This document shows, one piece after another, positions 34,209 to 44,417 of a DNA stretch of 44,417 bases (position 1 is its first letter; each line of letters starts with the position of its first letter). A program made the translations under genes and the position numbers. The stretch covers positions 573,813 through 618,229 of the forward strand of contig NW_008246079.1 in the NCBI RefSeq assembly GCF_000281045.1, written 5' to 3'. A model generated the notes under the pieces. It was not told the DNA's origin. It worked only from the letters and a program-made list of their open reading frames with translations, and ran no database searches. The stretch is from Saprolegnia diclina VS20 (taxonomy: Eukaryota).

Positions 34209-35066
34209 CTACTTGCGCGGGCCAGCACCGTTTCCAAAAGAATTCTTGAGCTCGCGGAGACGGCCCATGACTTCGATCGGGTCCGACGCCTGTGTGTATG
34301 CCTGCACCGCGGGCACCGTCACGCGCAAGAACGGGTTGGTCTCGAGCTCCGAGGCGATCGTCGATGGGACCGTGATTGTCTGCGCCGATGCCCAGGCTTG
34401 CTTGGCAGCAATGGCCTTGTTCGCAGGCTCGACCGCAGCCGCGAACGCGAGATTGTTGGTCGTGTATTCGTGTCCGCAGTAGACCTTGGTGTCCAGCGGC
34501 AACTGTGCGACCACCGTATTGAGCGCATGGTGCATCTGTGCCGGTGTGCCGCCTACAACAACATTCACCGTGATCTCATTCGACTTGTGGGCGGCACGTA
34601 CTGTTGAAGCGGCCGCAGCCCGCAATGAAGAGCGTGTCGCCCGTAAAGAGGTTGCCGTCGCACAAGTAGAGCACGTGGCCGGGGGTATGGCACGGCGTGT
34701 AGAGCACGCGGACCTGTCGACGCATTGTGACAACATTTCGAGAGACAAGACCAATACCTGCAGCGCGCCAATCTGCACAACATCATCATGGTCGACTTCG
34801 TGCGTGACGGCGCTCGCACGGTCGTTCTTGCCGCCGACGATCGTCAGATGCGGCAGCAGTTGTAGCATCTCTTGGTTTCCACCGTCATGGTCAAAGTGCG
34901 AGTGCGTCGTGAGCACGTGCGTGAGGCGTACGTCGTGGGCCTTGGCCGCGTCCAGCACCTTGCGCGGCTCGACAGGGTCCACGGCAGCCGCCGTTTTCGT
35001 CGCTTCGTCCACGAGCAAGTACGCATAGTTGTCCGAGAGCACGGGAATCACCACCACCTTTGCCAT
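34209..35066 (-). CDS. GLO2: Hydroxyacylglutathione hydrolase (glyoxalase II) (3 exons)
   Basis: [25 protein letters not shown]. After removing introns 34714-34757 and 34553-34601 the middle exon reads [26 protein letters not shown], then VYCGHEYT and ETNPFLR. Confidence 0.95.
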   Translation of the reverse strand: MAKVVVIPVLSDNYAYLLVDEATKTAAAVDPVEPRKVLDAAKAHDVRLTHVLTTHSHFDHDGGNQEMLQLLPHLTIVGGKNDRASAVTHEVDHDDVVQIGALQVLVLSLEMLSQCVDRSACSTRRAIPPATCSTCATATSLRATRSSLRAAAASTVRAAHKSNEITVNVVVGGTPAQMHHALNTVVAQLPLDTKVYCGHEYTTNNLAFAAAVEPANKAIAAKQAWASAQTITVPSTIASELETNPFLRVTVPAVQAYTQASDPIEVMGRLRELKNSFGNGAGPRK

Positions 35067-35080
35067 TTTCGCTGCGAATT

Positions 35081-35097
35081 CCAAATTCCAAAATGGC
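35081..35097 (-). promoter_or_regulatory. Inr+FPR-like core promoter for glyoxalase II
   Basis: Minus strand reads GCCATTTTGGAATTTGG, 15-31 nt upstream of the ATG at 35066. This supports that ATG over the ORF-track start at 35099. Confidence 0.45.
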
Positions 35098-35332
35098 AAT
35101 CTTGGGCTTCGGCGGAAAACCTCTTGGATTTAATGTTGATACCAACGGTAAGCCTCTACAATATAATATTCTGTTTGAACCAGTGTATCCAAAATACACT
35201 GTTCCTTTAGATTTGATGTCGCACAAGCCAAAGCCATCCAAAAGCCATGGGTAGCAACGTCCTCCAAGCAAAGCGTCACACACAGCAGGAGACATCGGGC
35301 ACGTCCTTCCTAGTTACTAAACGGTGTTGCTA

Positions 35333-38300
35333 CTACGGCGCGGGCGTCGGCATAAGGCCGGGCGCCTTGTGTGCGTCAAGTGCCATGTACATGGCGTAGT
35401 CGCTAATGTGCTTGAGGTACTGCAGCCCGTCGGTGGTCTCGCCTGCGTACTTGCCTTGGGCGAACGCGAGCTTGCTAAAACGTTCATTGTCGAGCCACGT
35501 GTGCAGATGCGCGTGCTTGAACGGCGAGTCGGCCGAGCTCGACGGAAAGTCGAGCATGTCCGGTCGCTTCTCGAACCCGACGTCGGACGCGCAGTTGTTG
35601 ATCGCGAGCTCGCTGCCATACATGCTCAAGACGCCATAGTGCCAGCGCGGCCAGCCTTGGTCGCCGTACTCCGGACTCTTCTCGAGGTCCGTGAACGAGT
35701 GCTCGTGCATGTAGTACATGGCTTCCATGGCAAGCTTTCCACAGGTGCGCACCGTTTTCGCCGGGCCATACCACGTCGAACCAATGTTGCCGACCGTCGG
35801 CGGCGCCCACTGGAGCTCGGCGGCGATGGCCTCGAGGCGCGCCGGCGTCGTCGCGCCAAGGTACGCGCCTTGACCAACAACGAGCTTGGACGGTTGCCAT
35901 GTGGCGAACGCTGGCGTCAAGAACGTGTCCAGATCAGAGCGAAGGAGGTAGTCGTACGGGTCGAGCGCCGGGGACTCGACGGCGACGACGTTGACCGAGT
36001 CGGCGAACCCGTACTTGAACGCATCGCTCTTGACGCTCGAGTATGTGTCGACGATGATGCACGCGTTGGGCTCGGCCGGCGAGCTGCGCACGTGCGACGT
36101 GCAGTTGAGTTCGTCGTACACAGCGAGGTGCTTGTCGGTGAAGACGAGAATGTCGGTGCGCCACTTGGCCGGCTCAAACTCGGCCATGGCCTGCCAGCTG
36201 CGGAGGAACCAGCGCAGTTGGTTGACGAACCGACCTTGGATCTCAGACGGCATGTAGAAGACAGCAGCGCGCGTCATGGTCGATGTGATCGACGCCGGGT
36301 CCACAAATGCGGCCGCCGTCGAGAGTGCTTCGGCCTCGAGGGCAATGAACAAGGCGTACGCACTCGTGTTGGTGTCGATAGCCAGCGACGCGGCGTCGAC
36401 ACCCTTGTAGTCGCCGGCAAAGAACGCGTTCTTGTTGAAGAGCTCGTTGTTGTGCCACGTGTGCAGATGCGCGTGGCTTGACGGCATATCGCTATCAGAC
36501 GACGCGACTTCGAGCATTTCGGCGCGCGCTTCGATGCCCGCGTCCATCGTGCAGTGGTTGATCGCAATGTCGGCTGCATAGTTGGCCAACACGCCAAGAT
36601 GCCAGCGCGGCCAGCCCCGAGAGCCGTACGCCGGACTCTTCTCTTCGTCCGTAAACTCGTGCTCGTACATGTACGCAGCAACGTCGACGACATTGGCAGC
36701 GCAGGCGCGGAGGAGCGACGCCGGGCCATACCACGTCAGGCCCACTTCGACGAGGTCGCTCCGCGAGAGGTTGCGCTTGGCGGCAATGGTTTCAAGGCGC
36801 TCGGTCGTGTCGGCGCTCGCGACGGCGTAGTAGGCGTTGGACATGACCATCGTGGCCGGCTTCCACGAAGCAAAGCCTGGTGCGAGCATCCCATCGACGG
36901 TCGACTTGAAGAGCCACTCGTAGAGAGGGTTGGTCGTTGCCGAGAGCGCTTGGAAGCTGTCGACGTCGACAGGAAACGCCGTGGAGCGGAGGTCCTTGTG
37001 GTCGTCGACAAGAATGCACGCATCAACGCTGTCACTGGACGTTCGATGCCAATCACGCGAGCAGTTGAGGCGCGAGAGAAGGTCCGGCGCCGACGCCGTG
37101 TACACGATGAGATCGGTGCGCCACGTCGACGGCTGCTTGTCCAGTATGTACTGCCAGCTGCGGTGGAACGTTTGAAACTCGGTCGCGAGACTCGGCGTCA
37201 AGGGCGGCAGATGCACGACAACGGCGCGGACAAAGCGCTTGTCGATATCGCGCGGCGGGTCGGTTGCCTTGCCAGCGCTCCCGCCCGGCAGCAGCCCGGG
37301 GGCCTTGTGCGCGTCCAGCGCCATGTACATGGCGTAGTCAGCAATCACGTCATTATGACGGAGCTTGGTCATGTCTTCGCTGGCGTACTTGCCTTCGGCA
37401 AACGAAAACTTGCTAAAGCGCTCGCTGTTCTGCCACGTGTGCAGATGTGCGTGCTGGTGCGGCGACTCGGACGACGTGGTCGGAAAGTCGAGCATGTCTT
37501 CGCGCTTGATGACGCCGACGTCATTCGCGCAGTGGTTGATGGCAATGTGGCCGGCATACAACGTGAGCACGCCCCAGTGCCAGTTGGGCCAGCCCTTGAT
37601 GCCGTACGCTTCGCTCTTTTCTTCGGCCGTAAACTCGGATTCGTGCAGATACAGCATCGTCTTGACCGTGAGCTTGGCGCAGCGCCGGACGACAGCCGCT
37701 GGCCCGTACCACGTCGACCCGACGTTATGGACGGTCGACTTCGTGTAGTTGAGCTTTTGGATGATACTCTCGAGGCGCGCCGACGTCGTCGTGCCGTCAA
37801 ACGCGTACGCGCCTTGGCCGACGATGAGTTCCTTGGGCTTCCACGTCGCAAAGGCCGGCGTCACAAACGTGTCGAGGTCCGTCCGCAGCAGGTAGTCGTA
37901 CGCGTCCATGACAGTATTGTCCATCGCGACGACGTTGAGCGAGTCGCCGTAGCCGTAGTTGAAGGCCTTGGTGCGCAGCGGCGTGTAGTTGGTGATGACG
38001 ATGCACTTGTTGGGCTCGTGTCGATTCAAACGCGGCGCTGTCGAGCAGTTGAGACTGCGCAAGACGGCCGTCATTGCTTTCGTGTAGATGACAATGTCGG
38101 TGCGCCACCCCTTTGGTTCGTACTCGGCCATGGCCTGCCAGCTCCGGCGGAACCAGCGCAGCTCCCGCACAAACTTTGGCGTCTTGGGCGGGAGGTACGT
38201 GATGGCCGCGCGTACAAACGTGTCATCGTTGACGCTCTCGACGGTCGTCGACGGCAATACTGACGTCGGCAGCGCGTCCTTGTGCGCATCGAGCGCCATG

Positions 38301-40366
38301 AACAGCGCATACGCGCTCGTGTTGGCGTCGATCGCGGCAGGCGATACCGTCGAGGCTCCGTAGACGCCAGCTGCAAATTCCTTCTTGTTGAAGACTCCAT
38401 CGTGTTCGTGCGTGAGCAAGACGGCGTGCTGCGACGGCGCGTCCTGCAGCGTCGCTGAAGCTTCCAAGAGGTCGGGTCGCTGAACGGCGTTGGGCGCACA
38501 GTCGTGGATCGCAATGTCGCTCGCGTACAGCTCGAGCGCGCCAAAGTGCCAGCGCGGCCAGCCACGAGAGCCGTAAGCAGCAGACTTTTCTTCGTCCGTA
38601 AACTCGTGGGCGACGAGGTGCTTGGCGACGTGCATCGCGAGCGCCGCGCACGTGCGCACGACGCTCGCGGGCCCGTACCACGTCGCACCAAAGTTGTTGA
38701 CACGCTTGCTGCCGGTGGCGAGGCCAAGGTCGGTCGCAATCCGCTCGAGACGACTGCTCGTGTCGCGGCCGTCCAGAGCGTAGTTGGTCGACGCCGTCAC
38801 GAGTGACGCGGGCGTCCACGCGTGGAGCCCGGGCGCCAGGATCGCGTCCGGTGTCACCTTGAGAATGTAGTCGTACACGGCCGGCACCACCGAGAGCACG
38901 TGGATCGGATCCATATCGACGTTGAACGTGGACGACCGCTGCGGCACAACGTTGCTGTAGAGCACGCAGGCGCTGGGGCGGTGGCGGTCCGATCGGACGT
39001 GGGCGTTCGTGCAGCCCAGGCCGTGGAGATAGCCGTCGTCGTCGTTGTCGGTCGTGTAGACGAGGAGGTCGGTGCGCATGGCGTCGGCGTCGTGCGTCTG
39101 GATGTGCAGCCAGCTGCGGTGCAGCGTCCGGAACTCCATCCGGAGCGCAGTCGAGGTTGGCGCCGGAAGGAAGACTACGACGGCGCGGACACGGACAGCC
39201 TCATTCGTGCTCGTCGTAGCATTGCCAGCACCAGCGCGCAGTGCCATACGTAGCGCGTAGTCGCCGATGCGGCTGGGCGAGAGCTGCTCTTCGCTGACGC
39301 TCGAATACTCGCCGCGCTCGTAGGCAAACTTGCAAAACGTGGGCGACGCACGGTCGTCGCGCCAGGGCGTGTGCAGATGCGCGTGTTTGAACGGCGAGCC
39401 CTCGGACGTGGTGGGCACATCGAGCATGTCCTGCCGCACCAGCACGTTGCTGCTGCTGCTGTCGTCGTCGTCCTCGTCGTGGAGGTCGTCTCCGGTGCAT
39501 TCGTTGATGGCGAGGTGGCTTGCGTACAGGTTGATCGCGCCGTGGTGCCACTCTGGCCAGCCCTGGTCGCCGTACGCAGCACTCTTCTCAACGTCACTGA
39601 ATTCGCGCGCGTGGAGGTACACCATGGCCTGCACCGCGAGGCGGGCACACGACTGCACGTGCGCGCGGGGTCCGTACCAGGTCGAGCCGACGTTGGCCAC
39701 ATGCATTGGGGCGTACCCGAGGTCGCTCGCGATGCGTGCAAGCCGCGCACTCGTGTTGTAGCCTTCGAACGCGTACTCGCCAAAGCCCACGGTCAGTCCG
39801 CGCGGCTTCCAGGGCGCAAATGCCGGCGTAAGGAACGTGTCGAGGTCGGTGCGCAGAATGTAGTCGTAGATGGTCACCCACGGATGCGTCTCGCCCGCAA
39901 CGCCGATCGATGCGCCGAGCGCATACCCGGGCACGGGCGCCGCATGGAACCCGCTCGTGATGACGACGCACTTGTTGGGCTCGCTTGTCGACGCGCGGGG
40001 CGTCGATGCGCAGCCGAGCGCGCCGAAGTCGGGCAGCAAGGTGTCGGTGAAGACGACCATGTCGGTGCGCCACAGCAATGGCTCGTGCTGCTGCATTTCG
40101 CGCCAGCTCTCATGGAACCAGCGCAGCTGCGGCAGGAACGCAGCTGCCTTCTCGGATGGGAAGTAGAGCACAGCGGCGCGCACGAACGGCTCGTGGGTTG
40201 CCTTGGCGCTCGCGAGCATCTCTTCGCGCAGCGTCTTGGGGGCATTGGGCGTCGACGAGAACCAATACTGGAGCACGAAGAACTGGACGATAAAGACGAG
40301 GATCACGAGGCTGAGCTGCAGTCCGAGCTGTCGCGGTGGCGCGACGGCCGCTGGCCCCTCGGTCAT
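35333..40366 (-). CDS. Type II membrane protein (1677 aa) with five tandem ~310-aa glycosyltransferase-like domains
   Basis: Single N-terminal TM (LSLVILVFIVQFFVL), then five repeats of RA(A/V)....P / RTD / YD(Y/W)... / TWYGP / EKS..YG..GWP.WH.G...Y...AI / Y(A)..(M/I)AL. DLD (DxD) is present in repeats 1, 3 and 5. Intronless. Confidence 0.9.
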   Translation of the reverse strand: MTEGPAAVAPPRQLGLQLSLVILVFIVQFFVLQYWFSSTPNAPKTLREEMLASAKATHEPFVRAAVLYFPSEKAAAFLPQLRWFHESWREMQQHEPLLWRTDMVVFTDTLLPDFGALGCASTPRASTSEPNKCVVITSGFHAAPVPGYALGASIGVAGETHPWVTIYDYILRTDLDTFLTPAFAPWKPRGLTVGFGEYAFEGYNTSARLARIASDLGYAPMHVANVGSTWYGPRAHVQSCARLAVQAMVYLHAREFSDVEKSAAYGDQGWPEWHHGAINLYASHLAINECTGDDLHDEDDDDSSSSNVLVRQDMLDVPTTSEGSPFKHAHLHTPWRDDRASPTFCKFAYERGEYSSVSEEQLSPSRIGDYALRMALRAGAGNATTSTNEAVRVRAVVVFLPAPTSTALRMEFRTLHRSWLHIQTHDADAMRTDLLVYTTDNDDDGYLHGLGCTNAHVRSDRHRPSACVLYSNVVPQRSSTFNVDMDPIHVLSVVPAVYDYILKVTPDAILAPGLHAWTPASLVTASTNYALDGRDTSSRLERIATDLGLATGSKRVNNFGATWYGPASVVRTCAALAMHVAKHLVAHEFTDEEKSAAYGSRGWPRWHFGALELYASDIAIHDCAPNAVQRPDLLEASATLQDAPSQHAVLLTHEHDGVFNKKEFAAGVYGASTVSPAAIDANTSAYALFMALDAHKDALPTSVLPSTTVESVNDDTFVRAAITYLPPKTPKFVRELRWFRRSWQAMAEYEPKGWRTDIVIYTKAMTAVLRSLNCSTAPRLNRHEPNKCIVITNYTPLRTKAFNYGYGDSLNVVAMDNTVMDAYDYLLRTDLDTFVTPAFATWKPKELIVGQGAYAFDGTTTSARLESIIQKLNYTKSTVHNVGSTWYGPAAVVRRCAKLTVKTMLYLHESEFTAEEKSEAYGIKGWPNWHWGVLTLYAGHIAINHCANDVGVIKREDMLDFPTTSSESPHQHAHLHTWQNSERFSKFSFAEGKYASEDMTKLRHNDVIADYAMYMALDAHKAPGLLPGGSAGKATDPPRDIDKRFVRAVVVHLPPLTPSLATEFQTFHRSWQYILDKQPSTWRTDLIVYTASAPDLLSRLNCSRDWHRTSSDSVDACILVDDHKDLRSTAFPVDVDSFQALSATTNPLYEWLFKSTVDGMLAPGFASWKPATMVMSNAYYAVASADTTERLETIAAKRNLSRSDLVEVGLTWYGPASLLRACAANVVDVAAYMYEHEFTDEEKSPAYGSRGWPRWHLGVLANYAADIAINHCTMDAGIEARAEMLEVASSDSDMPSSHAHLHTWHNNELFNKNAFFAGDYKGVDAASLAIDTNTSAYALFIALEAEALSTAAAFVDPASITSTMTRAAVFYMPSEIQGRFVNQLRWFLRSWQAMAEFEPAKWRTDILVFTDKHLAVYDELNCTSHVRSSPAEPNACIIVDTYSSVKSDAFKYGFADSVNVVAVESPALDPYDYLLRSDLDTFLTPAFATWQPSKLVVGQGAYLGATTPARLEAIAAELQWAPPTVGNIGSTWYGPAKTVRTCGKLAMEAMYYMHEHSFTDLEKSPEYGDQGWPRWHYGVLSMYGSELAINNCASDVGFEKRPDMLDFPSSSADSPFKHAHLHTWLDNERFSKLAFAQGKYAGETTDGLQYLKHISDYAMYMALDAHKAPGLMPTPAP

Positions 40367-40912
40367 CGTGCAGGAATGGCGACTGCAGATCGAAGGGCCG
40401 ATGCACCCTAATTTGAGGCAAATATCCTACGTGAAACCTCCGGCTATTTTCGCTCACTTGGTATTTGTATGCCGGGCCCGGTGTCCGGCAATGTGGCCAC
40501 AGATATCGGGATCGCCAGCTGGCACGCGCAGTGATGGCAGAGGTCGGCAAGACGCCTCGTGATGAGGCGCAAGTCCGCTAGCCAAGACTCGCGCATAGGC
40601 CTAGTGTGCAGCTGCAAGGAGTGCATCAAGGCCATACAATATACATACCCAAGGGCCTTGCTGATGGCGATAGCAATAAGATTGGGCGCCGATAGGAGGT
40701 GGTGACGTGGCACCGCACCTGGCGACACGTACAATCGTGTGCAAATGACCGACGCTATATCACCGCTTGTACCAGGCAGCAACACGCTTGCGTCTGGGCA
40801 CAAGATGCAGTCGAGGGCGGATTGGTCGATTGGTGATATCTCTGGTCCGACACGAGGTCGCTGCACGAACCGACACGGGTTGATGGACGGGATCGTAGCT
40901 TGTACTAGAAAC

Positions 40913-41584
40913 TTAGGACGTCGGCCGCGCGATCTCAAAGAGGTTGGATGTTGCGACGTAGTCGTTCCGGCTCATGCGGCCGAGCGACGCAAAGACGTTG
41001 CTGTCGATTTGGCCACTCTCTGTGAGCGACGCCTCGGCAACCTCAAAGTGCAGGACGTTGAGCAGCACGAGTTTGCCGTTGCCAATCTCGAGGACGTCCC
41101 GCAGCGAGCACTCCATGCGGATCGGCGAAGCCGCCACACCAGGCACCTGCACGCGCGTACTGCGAATCGTTGGGATCTCGAGCGCGTCGATCTCGCTCAC
41201 GCCGTGCGGGTAATTCCTGGACGTGGCGTTCATGAGCTCGCCGAGCTCAATCGGGACAAAGTTGATGACGCATTCGTTGGTCGCGCGCAGATTCGTCAGC
41301 GTATCCTTGTCGGTCCCGGGCGTCGGGAAGAGTTGCGTGTACGACACGATCGGCGGGTCCGAGCTCACGACCGTGAAGAACGAAAAGGGCGCAAGGTTCG
41401 TGACGCCGTCCGCGCTCACCGTGCTGATCTGCGGCAAGTATCAAGTTGAGACTAATATAGGAAGGACGATAGAAGCGGAAGAGCGTCGTACCCAGGCTAT
41501 GGGGCGCGGCACGACCGCGCCCGTGAGGAGCTGGTACGCTTGCCGCGCCGAAGTCGATGCCACGTCAAAGCCTCGGGTTTGCAT
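40913..41584 (-). CDS. Flavin reductase-like FMN-binding split-barrel protein (DIM6/NTAB family) (2 exons)
   Basis: YQLLTGAVVPRPIAW|ISTVSADGVTNLAPFSFF..DPPIV..KDTLTNLRATNECVINFV..SPIRMECSL..LGRMSRNDY. Intron 41429-41491. Confidence 0.9.
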
Positions 41585-42031
41585 CGAAATGAAAGGTGAG
41601 GCGACGGAAGAAGACGTCCCCCAACAACAGCTGAAACTGCGACAGGCGCCCGACGAGCCGCGAGGAATTCTCAAAGATATGGGCTCGCCATACAGTGGTC
41701 CGCCCAGAGCCGCAGACGGCGACTAGACGCGCACTGCGTTGAGCGTGAATGGTTCTTTGGAGCGGTTCCAAGGCGGCGACTGGATCGTCAAGGGTTCTGT
41801 CTACTCCGACGCACTCCCAGATCCAGATTGGACCGAAGTCCAGCGTCTGGTTTTTGCCGAAGTCGGTAGCCCTTCGGCTGGAACGGAACGTAAAGCGTTG
41901 CCATCCACTTCCCGCAACCCAGCTAGAACCCATCGAGAAGACGAGACGCAGAGGCATCTCTTCAACATGTGGAGTGCCACCCTGCACTTTGGTTCGACTC
42001 GATGTGATATTACTACCTCGCGGACTTGGTT

Positions 42032-43795
42032 CTATGGGCTCTGCGAATGCAGCCGAGCGTAGGCAAGATACGACGCCAGGCAAAGGGCGCTCGAGAGCGC
42101 GGCGTTGTGGACCGCCCACGAAAGCATATCGGACGCCATCTAGAAGAATGCCATCGTTCGAGAAGACCACGTGGGTAGAAGAGTACACTACCTGCACGAG
42201 CGTGGCGCCGCCCGTCGTGTAGGGCTGGGCGACGGCGCCGTACGACAAGGTGTGGTTGGCGGCGAGGCGGACGTAACCATAGTTTTTGCCATAGTAGACG
42301 TGCTTGCTCAGCATCGCAAACTCGGTGCGCGTGCGGGGGACGAGCGCCGCGTAGAGCCAATGGAACGGCTGCAGCACTTGCGTGATGGCAAAATGAAACG
42401 AAATGATCTTGAGTTGGTCCATGGTCGTCGACGCCTGCGTCATGCCGCTCGTGATGAGCTGCGGGAGGCAGCTCCAGTTGCCCGACCCGACATGACCACA
42501 CACGGTCGTGTCGGCCGTCATGTGCAAGTCGCCGCCCACGAGCAGCGACGCGTGCGCCAAGTGCGGCCAGAGCTGTCGAAAGAACGGCCGATAGACGTCA
42601 AGCCCCGGGTACATTTCGCCGTCGACCAAATCGGCAAAGGCCGCCGAGTACTTGGTGTGGAAGAAGAGCGGGAGCGGTGTGAAGAGCACCAAGCGCTCGC
42701 CATCCACTTTGGCATCCAGCGTTTCTTGGACAAAGCGGAGCTGGTGATCGCTCATCAGCGTCGGCGCGGCCGCCTACGAATGACGAAGCGCCGTCATTTT
42801 GGCTGCGGAATACCTCGTAGCACACGTACAGTCGTCTGGAGCCCGCGATCGAGGCGCGTATCGACAAGCAGCAGCGAGAGGTTGCCGATTCGGCGCAAAG
42901 CGTGGCCAGGCAGGTACAAGGACGACCAGTTGTGCGTCTGCGCAAAATCCATCTCTTGCCAGTTGACATCGTGCAACAGTTGGAACTGGTACTCATAAAA
43001 GGCTTGGAGACCGGCGCGGACGAGGACTTCGTGCTGCGGCGACTCGAGGTTGGCGTAGCTCCAGTTGTTGATGATGTCGTGGTCGTCGATCAACATCCAG
43101 TGCGCGCCCCGGCGCAACACATACTGCAGCATCGGCCGGCCAAAACAGCGCCGGTACAAGTCCCGAAAGGCAGAGAGCGTTTCTTCAAAGCTCAGCGCGG
43201 ACGCTGCTTTGATCTGGGCGACTGCGAGATCGACAAGCTGGTCTGCGTAGATCTGGTCGCCCGTGTGCACAATGCCAAAGTACGAATCGTCGGAGGCGAT
43301 GTCGGCGGCGAGCGTCGACCAGTGCGTGTCGTCGGCGTCCTCGCTGAAGCGGTCGCACGAGACCGAGAGCACGCGGACATCGGTGGCGTCGGACGGCGTC
43401 GGCGCCGTGCGGAACATCGCTTCGGCCACGTCGTGGCCGTTCAAGGCGAAGCGAACGCGGTGCTGGCGGTGCGGCACCAAGCCGTCAAAGGTCTTGACGT
43501 ACGGCATGGGCTGGGTATGCGCACGCGACTGCGCGGCGACGCGCTCAAAGCGGCCGTCCGCCGTCGCGGCTTCGAGGACAATGTCAATGGTCGCGCCAGT
43601 TACCAATGGCTCGTAGAGGACGCGCGCCATGTCGGTCGATACGTCGCCGACGATGATCAAAAAGTCCATGCGGTTGGCCGCGACCTCGGCAGGCGACGCG
43701 TCAGTCTCGAACGGGATCGACGTCTGCAGGCGCAGGTCGGCGACGGCCACCGACAGCAGCAGCAGCAAGAAGGTCCAGACTCGTTGGACGCCCAT
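42032..43795 (-). CDS. PhoD-like (alkaline phosphatase D) metallophosphatase with signal peptide (3 exons)
   Basis: Signal peptide MGVQRVWTFLLLLLSVAVA; motifs SVSCDR, HTGDQIYAD, LIDDHDIINNW, LVDTRLDR, VGGDLHM, QLITSG. Introns 42774-42829 and 42140-42191, with a hydrophobic last exon ending at TAG 42032-42034. Confidence 0.85.
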
Positions 43796-44417
43796 CTCGC
43801 AAATTTCGCACTGCGGAAAACGTCACGGCAACCCTAGAAACTCAAAAGAAGCTTTGAGTTTGCTTTGAGAGTGGAGTCCTTGGTGAACATGCGCTCTGGC
43901 GATGCGGAGCGGCGAATGGCGTGCTGTCAAGACAGCAAAACATCGAATGGTGACATATAGAGGCGCCCATCCTAGCGCGGAAGCTGCTACGAAGCTTTAT
44001 GGTCCGACGATCGCGTTGCATGCATGGGCGATGGAAGCTGTTTGGGCTTTGAGTTGAGTTTTATCCATTTCGCGCGTTTATTCGACGTTGCGTTTTATAG
44101 GTTTTAATTTGTGACAGGCGCAGACAGGCACATCGGGCGTGTGTGATTGGCTGTTGCATGTCGAGGCGTGTTCTGGGAACGCTCGTTTGAGATGACCATG
44201 GTGGAACTCCCAGCTCGTTGGGTTGATTTCGCCTCTGGGTAGCGCTCCACCTCAGTTCCGAGTCCGCTCAAGCATGTCTCTAGCCTCAGCTCTAGTGACT
44301 GCTGTGCATAGAGCTGTGCACTCGCACTGCGATGATGCTACGCTTCAGTGAACTCCAGTCAAGCGGCTCTAACGTCATGAGCACGTTCGTTCGCTGTTGG
44401 CATACCAACCACTGCTG

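Noticed and set aside
41565..42139. Read-through of the PhoD ORF to 41565, overlapping the flavin reductase start, and the + strand 107-aa ORF 41739-42062
   Set aside because: A canonical 52-nt intron (42140-42191) gives a cleaner terminus at 42032. The read-through and the + ORF lack recognisable features.
43838..43861. 9-bp hairpin AAACTCAAA...TTTGAGTTT, and other short stems at about 1980-1998, 40650-40660 and 44288-44317
   Set aside because: Stems of 9 bp or less with low complexity are expected by chance in 44 kb.

Overview
Gene-dense, GC-rich eukaryotic DNA with short (39-63 nt) GT-AG introns and Inr/FPR-like core promoters. It is most consistent with an oomycete, probably Saprolegniales; this is inferred from gene content and intron style. 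About 19 protein-coding loci were reconstructed by hand-splicing: a CX9C fragment before a 175-N gap, a small orphan ORF, a 1747-aa internally duplicated polytopic membrane protein, a GFA/Mss4-like enzyme, an HPAT/SGT-like glycosyltransferase, four START-like+FYVE-like paralogs, a GT71 mannosyltransferase, an IQ/Zn-ribbon protein, NDUFS7, a coiled-coil M96/bZIP-like protein, 5-aminolevulinate synthase, a CFAP157-like protein, glyoxalase II, a 1677-aa protein with five tandem glycosyltransferase-like domains, a flavin reductase-like protein and a PhoD-like phosphatase. The four most interesting signals are: (1) the five-domain protein alternates DxD-intact and DxD-degenerate modules (A-B-A-B-A); (2) the convergent four-gene START-FYVE array shares introns and shows graded loss of the PI3P-binding motif; (3) two related CAAGGG...CCCTTG palindromes, one flanked by a near-perfect 8-bp direct repeat, look like collapsed hAT-type elements; (4) the large membrane protein is a tandem of two homologous units. 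No rRNA, tRNA or CRISPR array was recognised. Family calls rest on motif recognition only; no database search was run.
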